Positions 21,433 to 32,058 of a stretch of DNA of 64,000 nt are shown in pieces; within the stretch, counting starts at the first letter, position 1; each line of letters opens with the position of its first letter. The stretch comes from an uncultured Desulfosarcina sp. Lineage in GTDB: Bacteria > Desulfobacterota > Desulfobacteria > Desulfobacterales > Desulfosarcinaceae. The position numbers and the translations under genes are program-made. The DNA lies in assembly GCA_963674945.2 (NCBI GenBank), contig CAXXWQ010000004.1, positions 1,376,001 through 1,440,000 of the forward strand, read 5' to 3'. Below the pieces are notes generated by a model that saw only the letters and a program-made list of their open reading frames with translations, was not told where the DNA came from and did not search any database.

Positions 21433-21849
21433 TCAGGATAAGGATGACTCGTGTCCCCCTTCAAGCCAGGGTGTGATGGCCACCCGTTCATTTTCCAATA
21501 TGGGCCGCCAACTGACCGTATGATTGGTAAGGGCATCATGGTATCTGGGAGTAAAGACCGCTACATACATGTCGTCCGGAAGATGTGCGAATGTTTCCAC
21601 CCACAAAAGATCCTTCACCTGAAGATTGAAATCCGAAAGGATTCGTTTGCCCAGACTTTCCGCACAACTCGTTTTGAAAAAACCACCCTCTTGTGCTTTT
21701 GCCAGGAGGGCAAACGGTCGAATATGGGGGTGATTGGGATCGGAAAGGGATAAATCGACAATCTTCACGTGCCAGGCACAAGCATGGGCCGGATTCGCCC
21801 CCGGGTCGTCTTTTCTCTCGAGTTTATAAATTCCATCGAAGAGCAACAT
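21433..21849 (-). CDS. Hypothetical protein
   Basis: ORF with SD GAGG before ATG 21849 that fills the gap between serA and the ligase. No recognised motif. Confidence 0.65.
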   Translation of the reverse strand: MLLFDGIYKLERKDDPGANPAHACAWHVKIVDLSLSDPNHPHIRPFALLAKAQEGGFFKTSCAESLGKRILSDFNLQVKDLLWVETFAHLPDDMYVAVFTPRYHDALTNHTVSWRPILENERVAITPWLEGGHESSLS

Positions 21850-22011
21850 CGGATCCTCATTTCTTCCAGTACACAAGATGTGTTCCTTGATTGCATTTTG
21901 ACATTTTGCTATTGTCCCATTTTTGCAAAACAGCGGTTCACCATTGCGGGTCGCAACACATTCCCTTCAATCGAAAGGGGCAACCGGAAAAACCACCCGA
22001 GGACATTGACG

Positions 22012-23595
22012 ATGCTCATCACCGAAATCCTGGCCCGAAACGCCAGAATGTATGGCAGCGAGACCGCACTCATCGAGAGAGAGCCGGAAAAAAAGCACCG
22101 CCAAGAGATCGATTGGCGTACCTTCGACGACCGTGCAAACGCCATTGCCCAGGGCCTTTTGGCCAAGGGCATCAGAAAAGGGGATCGCGTCATTCACCTG
22201 ATGATGAACGGCATCCAGTGGCTGCCCGTCTATTTTGGCATTCTTAGAACCGGCGCATGGGCGGTTCCCCTAAATTTTCGGTTCGTCGCAAAAACCATTG
22301 CCAATTGCACCCGTATGGCGAAAGCCAAGGCCTTCATTTTTGGTGACGAATTCGTGGAACGGGTTTCGCAGATCCGGAATGAGATCGAAGATACCGTTCA
22401 CACTTTTATCTATACGGGGCAGGAAAATCAATGTCCAAATTGGGCAACCCCGCTGGACAAATTGATTGCCGATCACCCTTGTAGCGACCCGAAGGTTCCG
22501 TTGGCATTGACCGACGACGCAGCCCTCTACTTCACCTCCGGAACCACCGGCACGCCGAAGGCCACCTTGTTGACCCACCGAAACCTGGAACATGCCTGCT
22601 ACGTGGAAAACCGTCACCACAACCAGACCCATGGCGACAATTTTCTCTGCATCCCCCCCCTTTATCATACGGGTGCCAAAATGCACTGGTTCGGAAATTT
22701 CATCGTCGGCGCCAAGGCGGTGATTTTAAAAGGCATCGATCCACGGTGGATATTGGAAGCGGTCTCCGAGGAGAAGGTAACCATCGTATGGCTGCTTGTC
22801 CCGTGGGCCATGGATATTTTGTTTGCCATCGAAAGCGGTGAACTGAAATTGCATCAATATCAATTGGATCAGTGGCGTCTCATGCACATCGGCGCCCAAC
22901 CGGTTCCCGCTAGTCTGATCAAAGAATGGCGTAAGATTTTCCCCGATCATCAATACGATACCAATTACGGCCTCACGGAGAGCACCGGTCCCGGCTGTAT
23001 CCACCTGGGTCTTGAAAACATGCACAAGGTGGGCTCCATCGGCATTCCCGGTTTCGACTGGGAGTTTCGGATCGTCGACGATCATTTGACCCCGGTCGAT
23101 CCCGGATGTCCCGGCGAACTGATCATCAAGGGGCCCGGCGTGATGAAAGAATATTACATGAATGCAGAGGCGACGGAAGCCGCCATGAAAGACGGGTGGC
23201 TGCTCACCGGTGACGTCGCCCGGCAGGATGAAGACGGATTTATCTGGCTGGTGGATCGCAAAAAAGACGTCATCATCACCGGCGGTGAAAATATCTATCC
23301 GGTGGAGATCGAAGATTTTCTCATGGGACATCCGAAAGTCCAGGATGCGGCGGTAATCGGCCTTCCCAGCTTGCGGCTGGGCGAGATCGCCACGGCCATC
23401 ATCCAGGCAAAACCCGGCCATGAATTGACCAAGGCACAAATCGACGATTATTGCAGTGCCCTGGCCCGTTTCAAGCGCCCGAGAAAGATCATATTCGACG
23501 ACGTACCGAGAAATCCCACCGGAAAGATCGAAAAACCCAAACTGCGAAAAAAATATGGGGGGGCGACGGAGAGTTTTTTGTCGGAAAAAAAATGA
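22012..23595 (+). CDS. Class I adenylate-forming enzyme (acyl-CoA synthetase)
   Basis: YFTSGTTGTPK, YGLTE, TGD, DRKKDVIITGGENIYPVEIE, TGKIEK. Confidence 0.93.
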   Translation: MLITEILARNARMYGSETALIEREPEKKHRQEIDWRTFDDRANAIAQGLLAKGIRKGDRVIHLMMNGIQWLPVYFGILRTGAWAVPLNFRFVAKTIANCTRMAKAKAFIFGDEFVERVSQIRNEIEDTVHTFIYTGQENQCPNWATPLDKLIADHPCSDPKVPLALTDDAALYFTSGTTGTPKATLLTHRNLEHACYVENRHHNQTHGDNFLCIPPLYHTGAKMHWFGNFIVGAKAVILKGIDPRWILEAVSEEKVTIVWLLVPWAMDILFAIESGELKLHQYQLDQWRLMHIGAQPVPASLIKEWRKIFPDHQYDTNYGLTESTGPGCIHLGLENMHKVGSIGIPGFDWEFRIVDDHLTPVDPGCPGELIIKGPGVMKEYYMNAEATEAAMKDGWLLTGDVARQDEDGFIWLVDRKKDVIITGGENIYPVEIEDFLMGHPKVQDAAVIGLPSLRLGEIATAIIQAKPGHELTKAQIDDYCSALARFKRPRKIIFDDVPRNPTGKIEKPKLRKKYGGATESFLSEKK

Positions 23596-23632
23596 GTGTT
23601 TTTGATCGGCGCGGTAAATACCGCAAAGATCA

Positions 23633-23867
23633 CAGTGTTAAGTGGTTACGTTTTAAGGGAAGAATAAAGATTCGATTTATATATCGAAAGCATTCCTTAA
23701 CTTATTAGTCTCAGTCGCCCAGAAATAGGAAAATTTGGTCGAGATCGAAGCGCAAGAAAAATTTTATCGGAGGCATATGGTTAATATTCCGAGGATAAAA
23801 TTTTTCTTGCAACAAAGATATCGGGCAAATTGGCCATTTCTGGGCATTAGCTTAACACTTAACACTG
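23633..23867. repeat. Heptamer-arm palindromic element interrupted by a second palindrome
   Basis: cagtgttaagtggttacgttttaaggg pairs with ccttaactta...cttaacacttaacactg. Confidence 0.65.
23704..23850. mobile_element. MITE/REP-like long palindrome flanked by ATTAG direct repeats
   Basis: Perfect inverted repeats gcccagaaat/atttctgggc (23717-26, 23836-45) and a 17-bp pair (23752-68, 23794-810). ATTAG at 23704-08 and 23846-50. Confidence 0.7.
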
Positions 23868-23873
23868 AGTTGT

Positions 23874-25793
23874 CTATTTATTATCTTTCACCTCTTCGAA
23901 ATCGGCATCCACAACATCATCATCATTTTTGGCAGCCTGTTCACCGGCATCCGGCCCCATGTCCGGTCCGGCCTGGGCACCGGCTTCCGAGGCCTGCTTG
24001 TACATGGCTTCGGCGACCTTATGGGAGGCCTGGGTAAGCTCCTCGCTGAGTCGTTGGATCTCCTGGACATCATCTCCTTCCATGGCCTTTTTCAAGGCGG
24101 TGGATGCGGTTTCGATATTGCTTCGGGTGGCATCGTCGACTTTGTTGCCGAGATCCTTTAAGGATTTTTCGGTCGTGTAAATAAGGGTGTCCGCATGGTT
24201 TCGTGCCTCGACGAGTTCCCTCTTCTTTTTGTCTTCATCGGCGTGCAATTCGGCGTCTTTGATCAGCTGATCGATCTCTTCCTTGGAAAGACCGCTGGAG
24301 GCCGTAATCTGGATGGACTGCTCCTTTCCCGTGGCTATATCCTTGGCGGAGACGTTGACGATGCCGTTGGCGTCAATATCGAAGGTCACTTCGATCTGCG
24401 GAATGCCGCGGGGAGCGGGGGGTATGCCCACCAGTTCGAACCGCCCGAGGGTCTTGTTGCTGGCCGCCATCTCCCGTTCACCTTGCAGCACGTGGATGGA
24501 GACCGCCGGCTGGTTGTCTGCCGCCGTCGAGAACACCTGGCTTTTTCGCGTCGGGATGGTGGTATTTTTCTCGATAAGGCGCGTCATGACACCACCCAAT
24601 GTCTCGATGCCCAATGAAAGCGGGGTGACGTCGAGAAGCAGCACGTCTTTTACATCCCCCTTGAGCACGCCACCTTGAATGGCGGCACCCAGGGCGACCA
24701 CTTCGTCCGGATTGACGCCCTTGTGCGGTTCTTTTCCGAAGATCTTTTTGACCCTTTCCTGAACCGCTGGCATACGGGTCATGCCGCCGACAAGGATCAC
24801 CTCGTTGATATCGCCCGTGGAAAGACCGGCATCTTTCAAAGCAGTTCTGCAGGGCGGCTCCAGCTTGTCCAGAAGATCGGCCACCAACCCTTCCAGCTTT
24901 GCCCGGGTAATCTTGACGTTCAGGTGTTTGGGACCACTTGCATCGGCTGTGATAAACGGCAGATTCACGTCCGTCTCCATGGAGGAGGAGAGTTCCATCT
25001 TGGCTTTCTCCGCAGCCTCTTTAAGCCGCTGCAATGCCATCTTGTCGGCCCGCAGATCGATTCCCTGGTCTTTCTTGAATTCATTGGCGAGGTAATCGAT
25101 AATTCGCAGATCGAAATCTTCGCCGCCCAGATGGGTATCCCCGTTGGTGGCCTTCACCTCGAACACCCCTTCACCGATCTCGAGAATGGAAATGTCGAAG
25201 GTACCGCCACCCAAATCAAAGACTGCAATTTTCTCTTCGCTTCGTTTGTCCAATCCGTAGGCCAAGGATGCGGCCGTGGGCTCATTGATGATGCGCAGCA
25301 CGTTGAGCCCGGCGATCCTTCCGGCATCCTTGGTAGCCTGGCGCTGACTATCATTGAAATACGCCGGAACGGTGATGACGGCATCGGTGACCGTCTCTCC
25401 AAGGTAATCCTCGGCGTATTTTTTGATGTGTGCCAGGATAAAGGAGGAAATCTCCGCCGGGCTGTGGAGCTTGCCCCGCAAATCGATTCGGACATCCCCG
25501 TTTTCCGCCTGTTTAATATGGTAAGGAAGAATCTTGATGTCTTTTTGCACCTCGGGAGAGGCGAACTTTCTGCCGATCAGCCGTTTGACGGCAAATACCG
25601 TATTTTCCGGGTTCGTGATGGCCTGCCGCTTTGCCACCTGCCCGACGGTTCGTTCGTTGCTCTCGCTAACCGCCACGATGGACGGGGTAGTGCGACCACC
25701 CTCCTGGTTTGTAATCACTTTGGCGTCGCCGCCTTCCATAATGGCCACACAAGAATTGGTGGTCCCGAGATCAATTCCGATAATCTTACCCAT
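23874..25793 (-). CDS. dnaK: Chaperone DnaK
   Basis: [26 protein letters not shown]-terminal DADFEEV. Confidence 0.99.
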   Translation of the reverse strand: MGKIIGIDLGTTNSCVAIMEGGDAKVITNQEGGRTTPSIVAVSESNERTVGQVAKRQAITNPENTVFAVKRLIGRKFASPEVQKDIKILPYHIKQAENGDVRIDLRGKLHSPAEISSFILAHIKKYAEDYLGETVTDAVITVPAYFNDSQRQATKDAGRIAGLNVLRIINEPTAASLAYGLDKRSEEKIAVFDLGGGTFDISILEIGEGVFEVKATNGDTHLGGEDFDLRIIDYLANEFKKDQGIDLRADKMALQRLKEAAEKAKMELSSSMETDVNLPFITADASGPKHLNVKITRAKLEGLVADLLDKLEPPCRTALKDAGLSTGDINEVILVGGMTRMPAVQERVKKIFGKEPHKGVNPDEVVALGAAIQGGVLKGDVKDVLLLDVTPLSLGIETLGGVMTRLIEKNTTIPTRKSQVFSTAADNQPAVSIHVLQGEREMAASNKTLGRFELVGIPPAPRGIPQIEVTFDIDANGIVNVSAKDIATGKEQSIQITASSGLSKEEIDQLIKDAELHADEDKKKRELVEARNHADTLIYTTEKSLKDLGNKVDDATRSNIETASTALKKAMEGDDVQEIQRLSEELTQASHKVAEAMYKQASEAGAQAGPDMGPDAGEQAAKNDDDVVDADFEEVKDNK

Positions 25794-25846
25794 CTGCGTT
25801 CCTCCTTACCTTCGAAGATCCTTCGGTCATATTATTTAAGTTCTTG

Positions 25847-26506
25847 CTATGCTTTTGTATCGACACTTTTTTCGGCGGATTGTCCGTTTTGTGCGGCCTT
25901 TGAAACCACCACCATTGCCGGACGAAGCAGCCGGTCATGGATCAAATATCCCTTTTGAAACTCCTGCAACACGGTGTTCGGCGGATGTGCATCGCTCTCC
26001 TCCTGGCACATGGCCTGGTGAAACGAAGGATCGAATGGTTCACCCAGAGCCGTAATGGGGCTGACATGATGTTTCTCCAGAAGTTTCATGACATCATCCA
26101 ATGTCAAAGAGATGCCATCCACAACCCCCTTTTCGTTTTCACCGTTGGGTGTCGCCGAAGCGATGGCCCTTTCCAGGTTGTCTACAACGGTAAGCATCTG
26201 CCGGAGCAGATTCTCCGTGGCATACTTTTTCATATCCTCCAGTTCGCGAGCGGCCCGTTTCTTGTAGTTTTCAAACTCGGCGGCCATGCGGAGCATACGC
26301 TCATGGTTCTCCTTGGCTTCCTTCTGGGCTCGGGCGAGCTGCGCTTCCAAATCCGCCTCCCCTTCCGGGGCGACCTCGTCATTTCCCTCATCCGCATTCG
26401 TGTCGGACGATATGTTTTCCGTCTCCTGCACTTTTTTTTCGTCCTCGTCCTCAATCACAATTTTCTTCGTATTTGCCATCGGCTCCTGTGTCTCCTGGTT
26501 TTTCAT
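25847..26506 (-). CDS. grpE: Nucleotide exchange factor GrpE
   Basis: AEFENYKKR, FDPSFHQA, QKGY...RLLRPAMVVV. Confidence 0.97.
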   Translation of the reverse strand: MKNQETQEPMANTKKIVIEDEDEKKVQETENISSDTNADEGNDEVAPEGEADLEAQLARAQKEAKENHERMLRMAAEFENYKKRAARELEDMKKYATENLLRQMLTVVDNLERAIASATPNGENEKGVVDGISLTLDDVMKLLEKHHVSPITALGEPFDPSFHQAMCQEESDAHPPNTVLQEFQKGYLIHDRLLRPAMVVVSKAAQNGQSAEKSVDTKA

Positions 26507-26600
26507 GATTGTCTCATCTTCACGGCGGTGGGGCCTCGATCATATTGAAACCCTTGAATATTAAGCTGTTGAATATGACCGGGTTGTAAATTTTGATAAA

Positions 26601-26629
26601 AAATAAGACCAGATGGTCGCTTGTCAAGG
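26601..26629 (-). promoter_or_regulatory. Possible promoter for grpE-dnaK (RpoH-like or sigma70-like)
   Basis: Minus strand reads CCTTGACA-N-GTCTTATTT. No CIRCE element seen. Confidence 0.35.
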
Positions 26630-26709
26630 AGACGTACGACCTCGAAGGAGGAATGATAAGGTATTGTAAATGTAACGGTTTGATGATGATGTAAAAGGCG
26701 GCGGGAAAG

Positions 26710-26961
26710 TTGGTTGTGCACCCCCCATCGAGATGATCCGATAAATCGGCGCCGAATTCTGACCGGGATCGATCCACGACACAGACCGCATCCCTTATCG
26801 CTGCTTCCTTCCGGACCTGACGAGGTTCGAGACCGTCTGTTGCATGGCGGCCGATCAGAGTGGCGCGATATGTTCGAAAAAACCCCTAAAGGGGGAGTTC
26901 AGCCCCGCATGAAGCGGATTTCGGGTAAAGGGCACCGCTGGCTCCCCGCCTAGCACAACCG
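26710..26961 (-). ncRNA. ffs: Signal recognition particle RNA, large bacterial type with Alu domain
   Basis: Minus strand has helix 8 TCAGGTCCGGAAGGAAGCAGC and a 5' Alu region GTGCTAGGCGGGGAGCCAGCGGTGCCC...AATCCGCT resembling Bacillus scRNA. Termini GGTTGTGC/GCACAACC pair. Confidence 0.92.
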
Positions 26962-27075
26962 CCGTATCTATAGTACAATCACCGAAACCTTTTCAAGAGG
27001 GAAGTGATTTAAAATTTCCAACGATCTTGTAGTATTGACTTCACTCGTGTCATGCAATAAGTCTGTATCACCGAT

Positions 27076-27227
27076 GACAGCTTTGTAAAAAGTCCGATAT
27101 CTGCGTTACGCTTCATCCCTCGTCACTGCGGAGTACTATGTGTACGCCTCATTCCTCGGGATTCGCAAGCCTTGATCTCGAACTTTTTACATAGCCGTCC
27201 AAAATCCGACGTTTTACGAGTTCATCA
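27076..27227. mobile_element. MITE/REP-like palindromic element
   Basis: 26-bp terminal inverted repeat (27076-27101 vs 27174-27199, 22/26 match). An extra related terminus ttttacgagttcatca ends at 27227. Confidence 0.7.
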
Positions 27228-27267
27228 CCCATGGGCCAGAAAAAATGATTCGAAGGAGTCACGCGAG

Positions 27268-27657
27268 ATGATGCGAACCGCAGGAAAGATACTGTTACTA
27301 TGCGCTGCAATCGTCACGACCGGCTGTGCCGCCGTCGTTGTCGGTGCAGGTGCCGGGGCAGGCGTGTATACCTATGTGAAGGGAGAGTTGACACGTTCTT
27401 ACCCCACGGGCTTCGACCAAACCGAATCGGCTGCCCTCGAAAGCCTGGCGTACCTGAAGATGGTCGTCGATGAAAAGGTACAGCAGGAAAGTGGCACGAT
27501 CATCAAGGCGCACATGAAAGACGGTGAGCCGGTAACGGTAAAGATTCGAACGATCCGTAATGACATGACGGAAGTGGCCGTCCGGTGCGGACACGTCGGT
27601 TACTGGAATCGAGAGAATGCCGAACTGATCCATGCCACCATCCTCAACACCATGTGA
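27268..27657 (+). CDS. DUF3568-like lipoprotein
   Basis: Signal peptide with lipobox-like TTGC followed by AAVVVGAGAGAGVYTY. SD AAGGAG. Confidence 0.8.
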   Translation: MMRTAGKILLLCAAIVTTGCAAVVVGAGAGAGVYTYVKGELTRSYPTGFDQTESAALESLAYLKMVVDEKVQQESGTIIKAHMKDGEPVTVKIRTIRNDMTEVAVRCGHVGYWNRENAELIHATILNTM

Positions 27658-29101
27658 CGCCAAAGATATCGAGACCACGGTCGAAAAGGCACTGACCGAC
27701 CACGCGATGGTAAGCCCTGGAGAACGTGTACTGGTGGGCGTTTCCGGTGGTCCGGATTCCATGGCACTTCTCTTCGTTCTTTATCGTTTACGGTCCCGGT
27801 TTCAAATTCAGATAGGTGTTGCCCATCTAAACCATTGCCTGCGGGGAGAATCTTCTGCCCAGGAGGCGACGTTCGTTCAACAGACGGCGGAGACACTGGC
27901 ACTTCCCTTTCATATGACCTCCGCCCGTGTGGCGAAAGTAAAAAAGAGACTCGGATTGTCCATGGAGGAGGCGGGACGCCTCTTGCGCTATGCCTTTTTC
28001 TCAAAGACCATGATGGACCATGGGTACGATAAACTGGCCCTGGGCCACAATTTGGACGACAACGCAGAACAGGTGCTATTGGCCCTGCTACGGGGAACCG
28101 GACCCCTTGGCCTCTCGGGTATCGCGCCAGCACGCAACAATCGGATGATTCGCCCCCTTTTGCGTGTCCGACGCGCACAAATCGAAGAATATCTCCGTGA
28201 AAAGGGAATTTCCGTCGTCCGGGATGCGTCCAACGAGGACCTCGCATTTCTTCGAAACCGTATCCGGCATCGCCTATTGCCCCTATTGGCCGAAGAATAC
28301 AATCCGCAGATCATCCCCGGGCTAGCCCATCTGGCCGACATCATGCGATGCGAGCAGGAGTGGATCGAATCCATGGTGGAGAAGTCATACGGAACCACCG
28401 TTACCGAGAATCAGGACGGAACCCTTTTGCTATCCGTTCCCCAGTTGCGCCTTGCACACCCTGCCCTGGCCCGCCGACTGGTTCGAATGGCCCTTTCTCG
28501 TCGTGCCGGATCCTTGCGTAAAATTACCTTCACCCACATTCAATCCGTGCTGGATTTAGTGTCCAAGGACATGGGAGAAAAAGGCATCCATCTGCCGCAA
28601 GGCATCCGCGTCCAGCGATCTGGAAATCGACTGGCGTTTTGCAAAACGGACGGACGGAAATCAAAGATGGCGGACGCATGGAATCCAAAGGCCGTTTCGA
28701 CCAGTATCGTTCCCTTTCCGCTGCCCACAACGATGGCCGTTCACCCTTTTGGCATCGGACTGCGGTTTTCCTGCTTTCGGTCCAGTCAATTGCCCTCTTG
28801 GGAACAGGTGGAACCAAACCAGGCCCACCTGGACTGGGCCAAGATATCGTTTCCACTCGTGGTTCGCCCCCCGGCACCCGGTGATCGATTCACGCCATTG
28901 GGCGCCGCGGGCTCTCAAAAGGTAAAGAAATACTTCATCGACCATCGTATCCCCCAAAAAATCCGGCGCTTCATTCCGATCCTTGCCGACCAGCGGCGCA
29001 TCCTTTGGGTGATGGGACAACGCATGGACGATCATTGCAAAATAACAAAAGAGACCGAAATCGTTCTCAGTATTGAATTTTTCTTGCTTGACAGTCGATG
29101 A
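27632..29101 (+). CDS. tilS: tRNA(Ile)-lysidine synthetase
   Basis: SGGPDS, HLNH, HNLDDNAE, RPLL, DASN, RNRIRH. Start uncertain. Confidence 0.95.
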   Translation: MPPSSTPCDAKDIETTVEKALTDHAMVSPGERVLVGVSGGPDSMALLFVLYRLRSRFQIQIGVAHLNHCLRGESSAQEATFVQQTAETLALPFHMTSARVAKVKKRLGLSMEEAGRLLRYAFFSKTMMDHGYDKLALGHNLDDNAEQVLLALLRGTGPLGLSGIAPARNNRMIRPLLRVRRAQIEEYLREKGISVVRDASNEDLAFLRNRIRHRLLPLLAEEYNPQIIPGLAHLADIMRCEQEWIESMVEKSYGTTVTENQDGTLLLSVPQLRLAHPALARRLVRMALSRRAGSLRKITFTHIQSVLDLVSKDMGEKGIHLPQGIRVQRSGNRLAFCKTDGRKSKMADAWNPKAVSTSIVPFPLPTTMAVHPFGIGLRFSCFRSSQLPSWEQVEPNQAHLDWAKISFPLVVRPPAPGDRFTPLGAAGSQKVKKYFIDHRIPQKIRRFIPILADQRRILWVMGQRMDDHCKITKETEIVLSIEFFLLDSR

Positions 29102-29172
29102 TGGTTAATATGATCCTTACATAAACAGCAAACCACGTCTCGCGCCAACGTTTCTCGAGGAGGAAATCGCTT

Positions 29173-31128
29173 TTGAATCCTTTTTACAAAAATCTCGCCC
29201 TGTGGCTCGTCATCACGCTGATGATGGTCATGCTGTACAACCTGTTCAACCAGCAGCAACTTTCCCAAAACGACATCAGCTATTCCGAATTCTTGTCCAT
29301 GATCGAAGCCGACCGTGTCGCGGAAGTCACCATTCAGGGACAGGAAATTCGGGTGACCGACATCAACCGAAGCCATTTCAAGATTTACGCACCACAGGAT
29401 CCGGCATTGATCCAACGATTGAAGGACAAGGGCGTCACCATCATCGCCAAGCCGCCTGCCGAATCCCCCTGGTACATGTCGGTGCTCATTTCCTGGTTTC
29501 CCATGATCGTACTTATCGGGGTCTGGATCTTCTTCATGCGCCAGATGCAAAGTGGCGGCGGAAAGGCAATGTCTTTCGGAAAGAGTCGTGCGCGCCTCTT
29601 GTCCGACCAGCAGGAAAAGGTAACCTTCGAGGACGTGGCCGGCATCGATGAGGCCAAGGAGGAATTGGGTGAGATCGTCGACTTTCTTCGGGACCCAAAG
29701 AAATTCACCAGATTGGGCGGACGCATTCCCAAAGGGGTGTTGCTCATGGGTCCGCCGGGGACCGGTAAGACCCTGCTTGCCAGAGCCATCGCAGGGGAAG
29801 CCGGCGTGCCGTTTTTCAGCATCAGCGGATCCGACTTCGTGGAGATGTTCGTCGGTGTGGGCGCCTCCCGGGTTCGGGATCTCTTCGTACAGGGAAAGAA
29901 AAACGCGCCGTGCATCATCTTCATCGACGAAATCGACGCCGTTGGCCGGCATCGGGGCGCCGGTCTCGGCGGCGGCCACGACGAACGGGAACAGACCCTG
30001 AACCAGCTTCTGGTGGAGATGGATGGATTCGAGTCCAACGAAGGAGTGATTCTCATATCCGCAACGAACCGCCCCGACGTTCTGGACCCGGCGCTGCTGC
30101 GTCCCGGACGATTCGATCGACAGGTGGTTGTCTCCCTGCCGGATATCAAGGGGCGGGAAAAGATCCTTCGGGTACACATGAAAAAGACGCCCATCGCATC
30201 GGACGTGGATCCTGTGGTTCTTGCCAAGGGAACCCCCGGCTTTTCCGGAGCCGACCTTGAAAACCTGGTGAACGAGGCAGCACTGCTTGCCGCCAAGCGG
30301 GACAAGGAGCGGCTGGACATGTTGGATTTTGAGGAATCCAAGGACAAGGTTTACATGGGCCTCGAGAGAAAATCCAAGGTAATCAGAGAGGAAGACCGGC
30401 TTACCACCGCATACCACGAGGGCGGACATGCCCTGGTCGCCCGATTCATTCCCGGCACCGATGTGGTAAACAAGATCACCATCATTCCCCGGGGCAGGGC
30501 CGCCGGCGTCACCTGGTTTCTTCCCGATGAGCGGGATTTCCGTTACAAGGACCAGTTGGAAGCCGAACTTGCCATCGCCTTCGGCGGCCGTGTCGCCGAG
30601 GAGATCGTTTTCAATCGCATCAGCACGGGTGCCGCAAATGACATCAAGAAGGCAACGGAACTGGCACAACAGATGATCCGCAGTTGGGGGATGAGCGAAA
30701 CCCTCGGACCGTTGTCCTTTGCCAAGGATGAGGAGCAGGTGTTTCTGGGCCGTGAAATCGCCCAGCACAGGGATTACTCCGAAGAGACGGCAAAGAAAAT
30801 CGATGCGGAAATCAATGATTTGGTCATGCGCGCATACGAGCATGCCAGAACCGTGCTGACCGATCATTTGGACGTCCTTCATGCTCTGTCCAAGGAGCTT
30901 TTGGAGAAGGAGACCATCCTCGGGGCGGAGATGGACGAAATCATCCGCAAGGTTCGGCCGGGCATCGAACTGCCGGAAAAGCCCACCGACAAGGAGGAGG
31001 CCGCAGATCCGGAGACAAATGCGGATGAAACGACCGGCCGCCCGGACACCACCGACGGCAATGATGACGGTTCGTCTCCAGATGATCCGGAGAAACCCTT
31101 CCCGGATGAAGATCCCGACACGCCGTAG
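29173..31128 (+). CDS. ftsH: ATP-dependent zinc metalloprotease FtsH
   Basis: Two TM segments, [19 protein letters not shown] ([10 protein letters not shown]), HEGGH. Confidence 0.98.
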   Translation: MNPFYKNLALWLVITLMMVMLYNLFNQQQLSQNDISYSEFLSMIEADRVAEVTIQGQEIRVTDINRSHFKIYAPQDPALIQRLKDKGVTIIAKPPAESPWYMSVLISWFPMIVLIGVWIFFMRQMQSGGGKAMSFGKSRARLLSDQQEKVTFEDVAGIDEAKEELGEIVDFLRDPKKFTRLGGRIPKGVLLMGPPGTGKTLLARAIAGEAGVPFFSISGSDFVEMFVGVGASRVRDLFVQGKKNAPCIIFIDEIDAVGRHRGAGLGGGHDEREQTLNQLLVEMDGFESNEGVILISATNRPDVLDPALLRPGRFDRQVVVSLPDIKGREKILRVHMKKTPIASDVDPVVLAKGTPGFSGADLENLVNEAALLAAKRDKERLDMLDFEESKDKVYMGLERKSKVIREEDRLTTAYHEGGHALVARFIPGTDVVNKITIIPRGRAAGVTWFLPDERDFRYKDQLEAELAIAFGGRVAEEIVFNRISTGAANDIKKATELAQQMIRSWGMSETLGPLSFAKDEEQVFLGREIAQHRDYSEETAKKIDAEINDLVMRAYEHARTVLTDHLDVLHALSKELLEKETILGAEMDEIIRKVRPGIELPEKPTDKEEAADPETNADETTGRPDTTDGNDDGSSPDDPEKPFPDEDPDTP

Positions 31129-31170
31129 TTCTTCCATCACAACCCATTGCACCGTCACCGGGAAATGTAA

Positions 31171-32058
31171 ATGAGCATTGCATCGCAAACGATTACCCTG
31201 ACGTGCGGCCCGTATATACTGACCTTGGGCCAAGGCACCCGAATTATGGGAATCGTCAACGTCACACCCGACTCCTTTTCCGACGGTGGCCACTTTTTCA
31301 CCACCCATCGGGCCGTGGACCAGGCCATGCGGTTGGTGGAAGAAGGCGCTGACATCCTGGATATCGGCGGTGAATCCACCCGTCCCTTTTCCGATCCGGT
31401 GGATGAGTCCGAAGAGATGGATCGCGTCCTTCCCGTCATCGAAGCGGTGGCAACACGCGTAACAATTCCCATTTCCATCGATACGACCAAGGCATCGGTG
31501 GCAAAAAAGGCGGTCGCCGCCGGAGCGACCATCATTAACGACGTAAGTGCCCTCCGAATGGATCCCAAAATGGCCGAAACAGCCGCCGAATGCAGGGTGC
31601 CCCTGATTCTCATGCACATGAAAGGATCTCCCAAGACCATGCAGGTGGCACCCGTTTACGATGACCTCATCGGTGAAATCTCGGCATTTTTCGCCACGGC
31701 CATGGATCGTGCCGTCGGGGCCGGTGTGGATCGCACCAGCATCATCCTGGATCCGGGCATCGGATTCGGCAAAACCATTGGCCACAACCTGACGATCCTT
31801 CGAGACCTCGAACAATTCTCGAAATTGGGGGCACCCCTCCTCGTCGGGCCGTCGCGGAAGATGTTCATTCGACAATTGCTGAAGCATCCAGAGGGAAAAG
31901 ACATGGATCCGCTCTCATTGGAAGTCGCAAGGGGAACCCAGGCCGCCATTGCTGCGGCTGCCATGAATGGGGCTCACATCGTCCGCGTGCACGACGTGGC
32001 GCGCAGTCGTGCAACCCTTACCATTATCGATGCAATCAATTCCCCTTGCATCCCATGA
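31171..32058 (+). CDS. folP: Dihydropteroate synthase
   Basis: MGIVNVTPDSFSDGG, DIGGESTRP, DPGIGFGK, SRK, RVHDV. Confidence 0.98.
   Translation: MSIASQTITLTCGPYILTLGQGTRIMGIVNVTPDSFSDGGHFFTTHRAVDQAMRLVEEGADILDIGGESTRPFSDPVDESEEMDRVLPVIEAVATRVTIPISIDTTKASVAKKAVAAGATIINDVSALRMDPKMAETAAECRVPLILMHMKGSPKTMQVAPVYDDLIGEISAFFATAMDRAVGAGVDRTSIILDPGIGFGKTIGHNLTILRDLEQFSKLGAPLLVGPSRKMFIRQLLKHPEGKDMDPLSLEVARGTQAAIAAAAMNGAHIVRVHDVARSRATLTIIDAINSPCIP

Noticed and set aside
21769..22011. N-terminal extension of the acyl-CoA ligase ORF
   Set aside because: Overlaps the divergent gene and intergenic DNA. ATG 22012 has an SD (GAGG).
23735..24037. 100-aa ORF at the dnaK 3' end
   Set aside because: It is a translation of the palindromic element plus antisense dnaK.
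24675..25958. 427-aa ORF antisense to dnaK
   Set aside because: Long antisense frames opposite dnaK are a known recurring artefact; no independent evidence of expression.
26714..26953. 79-aa plus-strand ORF and neighbouring small ORFs
   Set aside because: They coincide with the SRP RNA gene on the opposite strand.
29032..31887. 951-aa minus-strand ORF
   Set aside because: Antisense shadow of ftsH-folP with no motifs; expected from codon bias in GC-rich genes.
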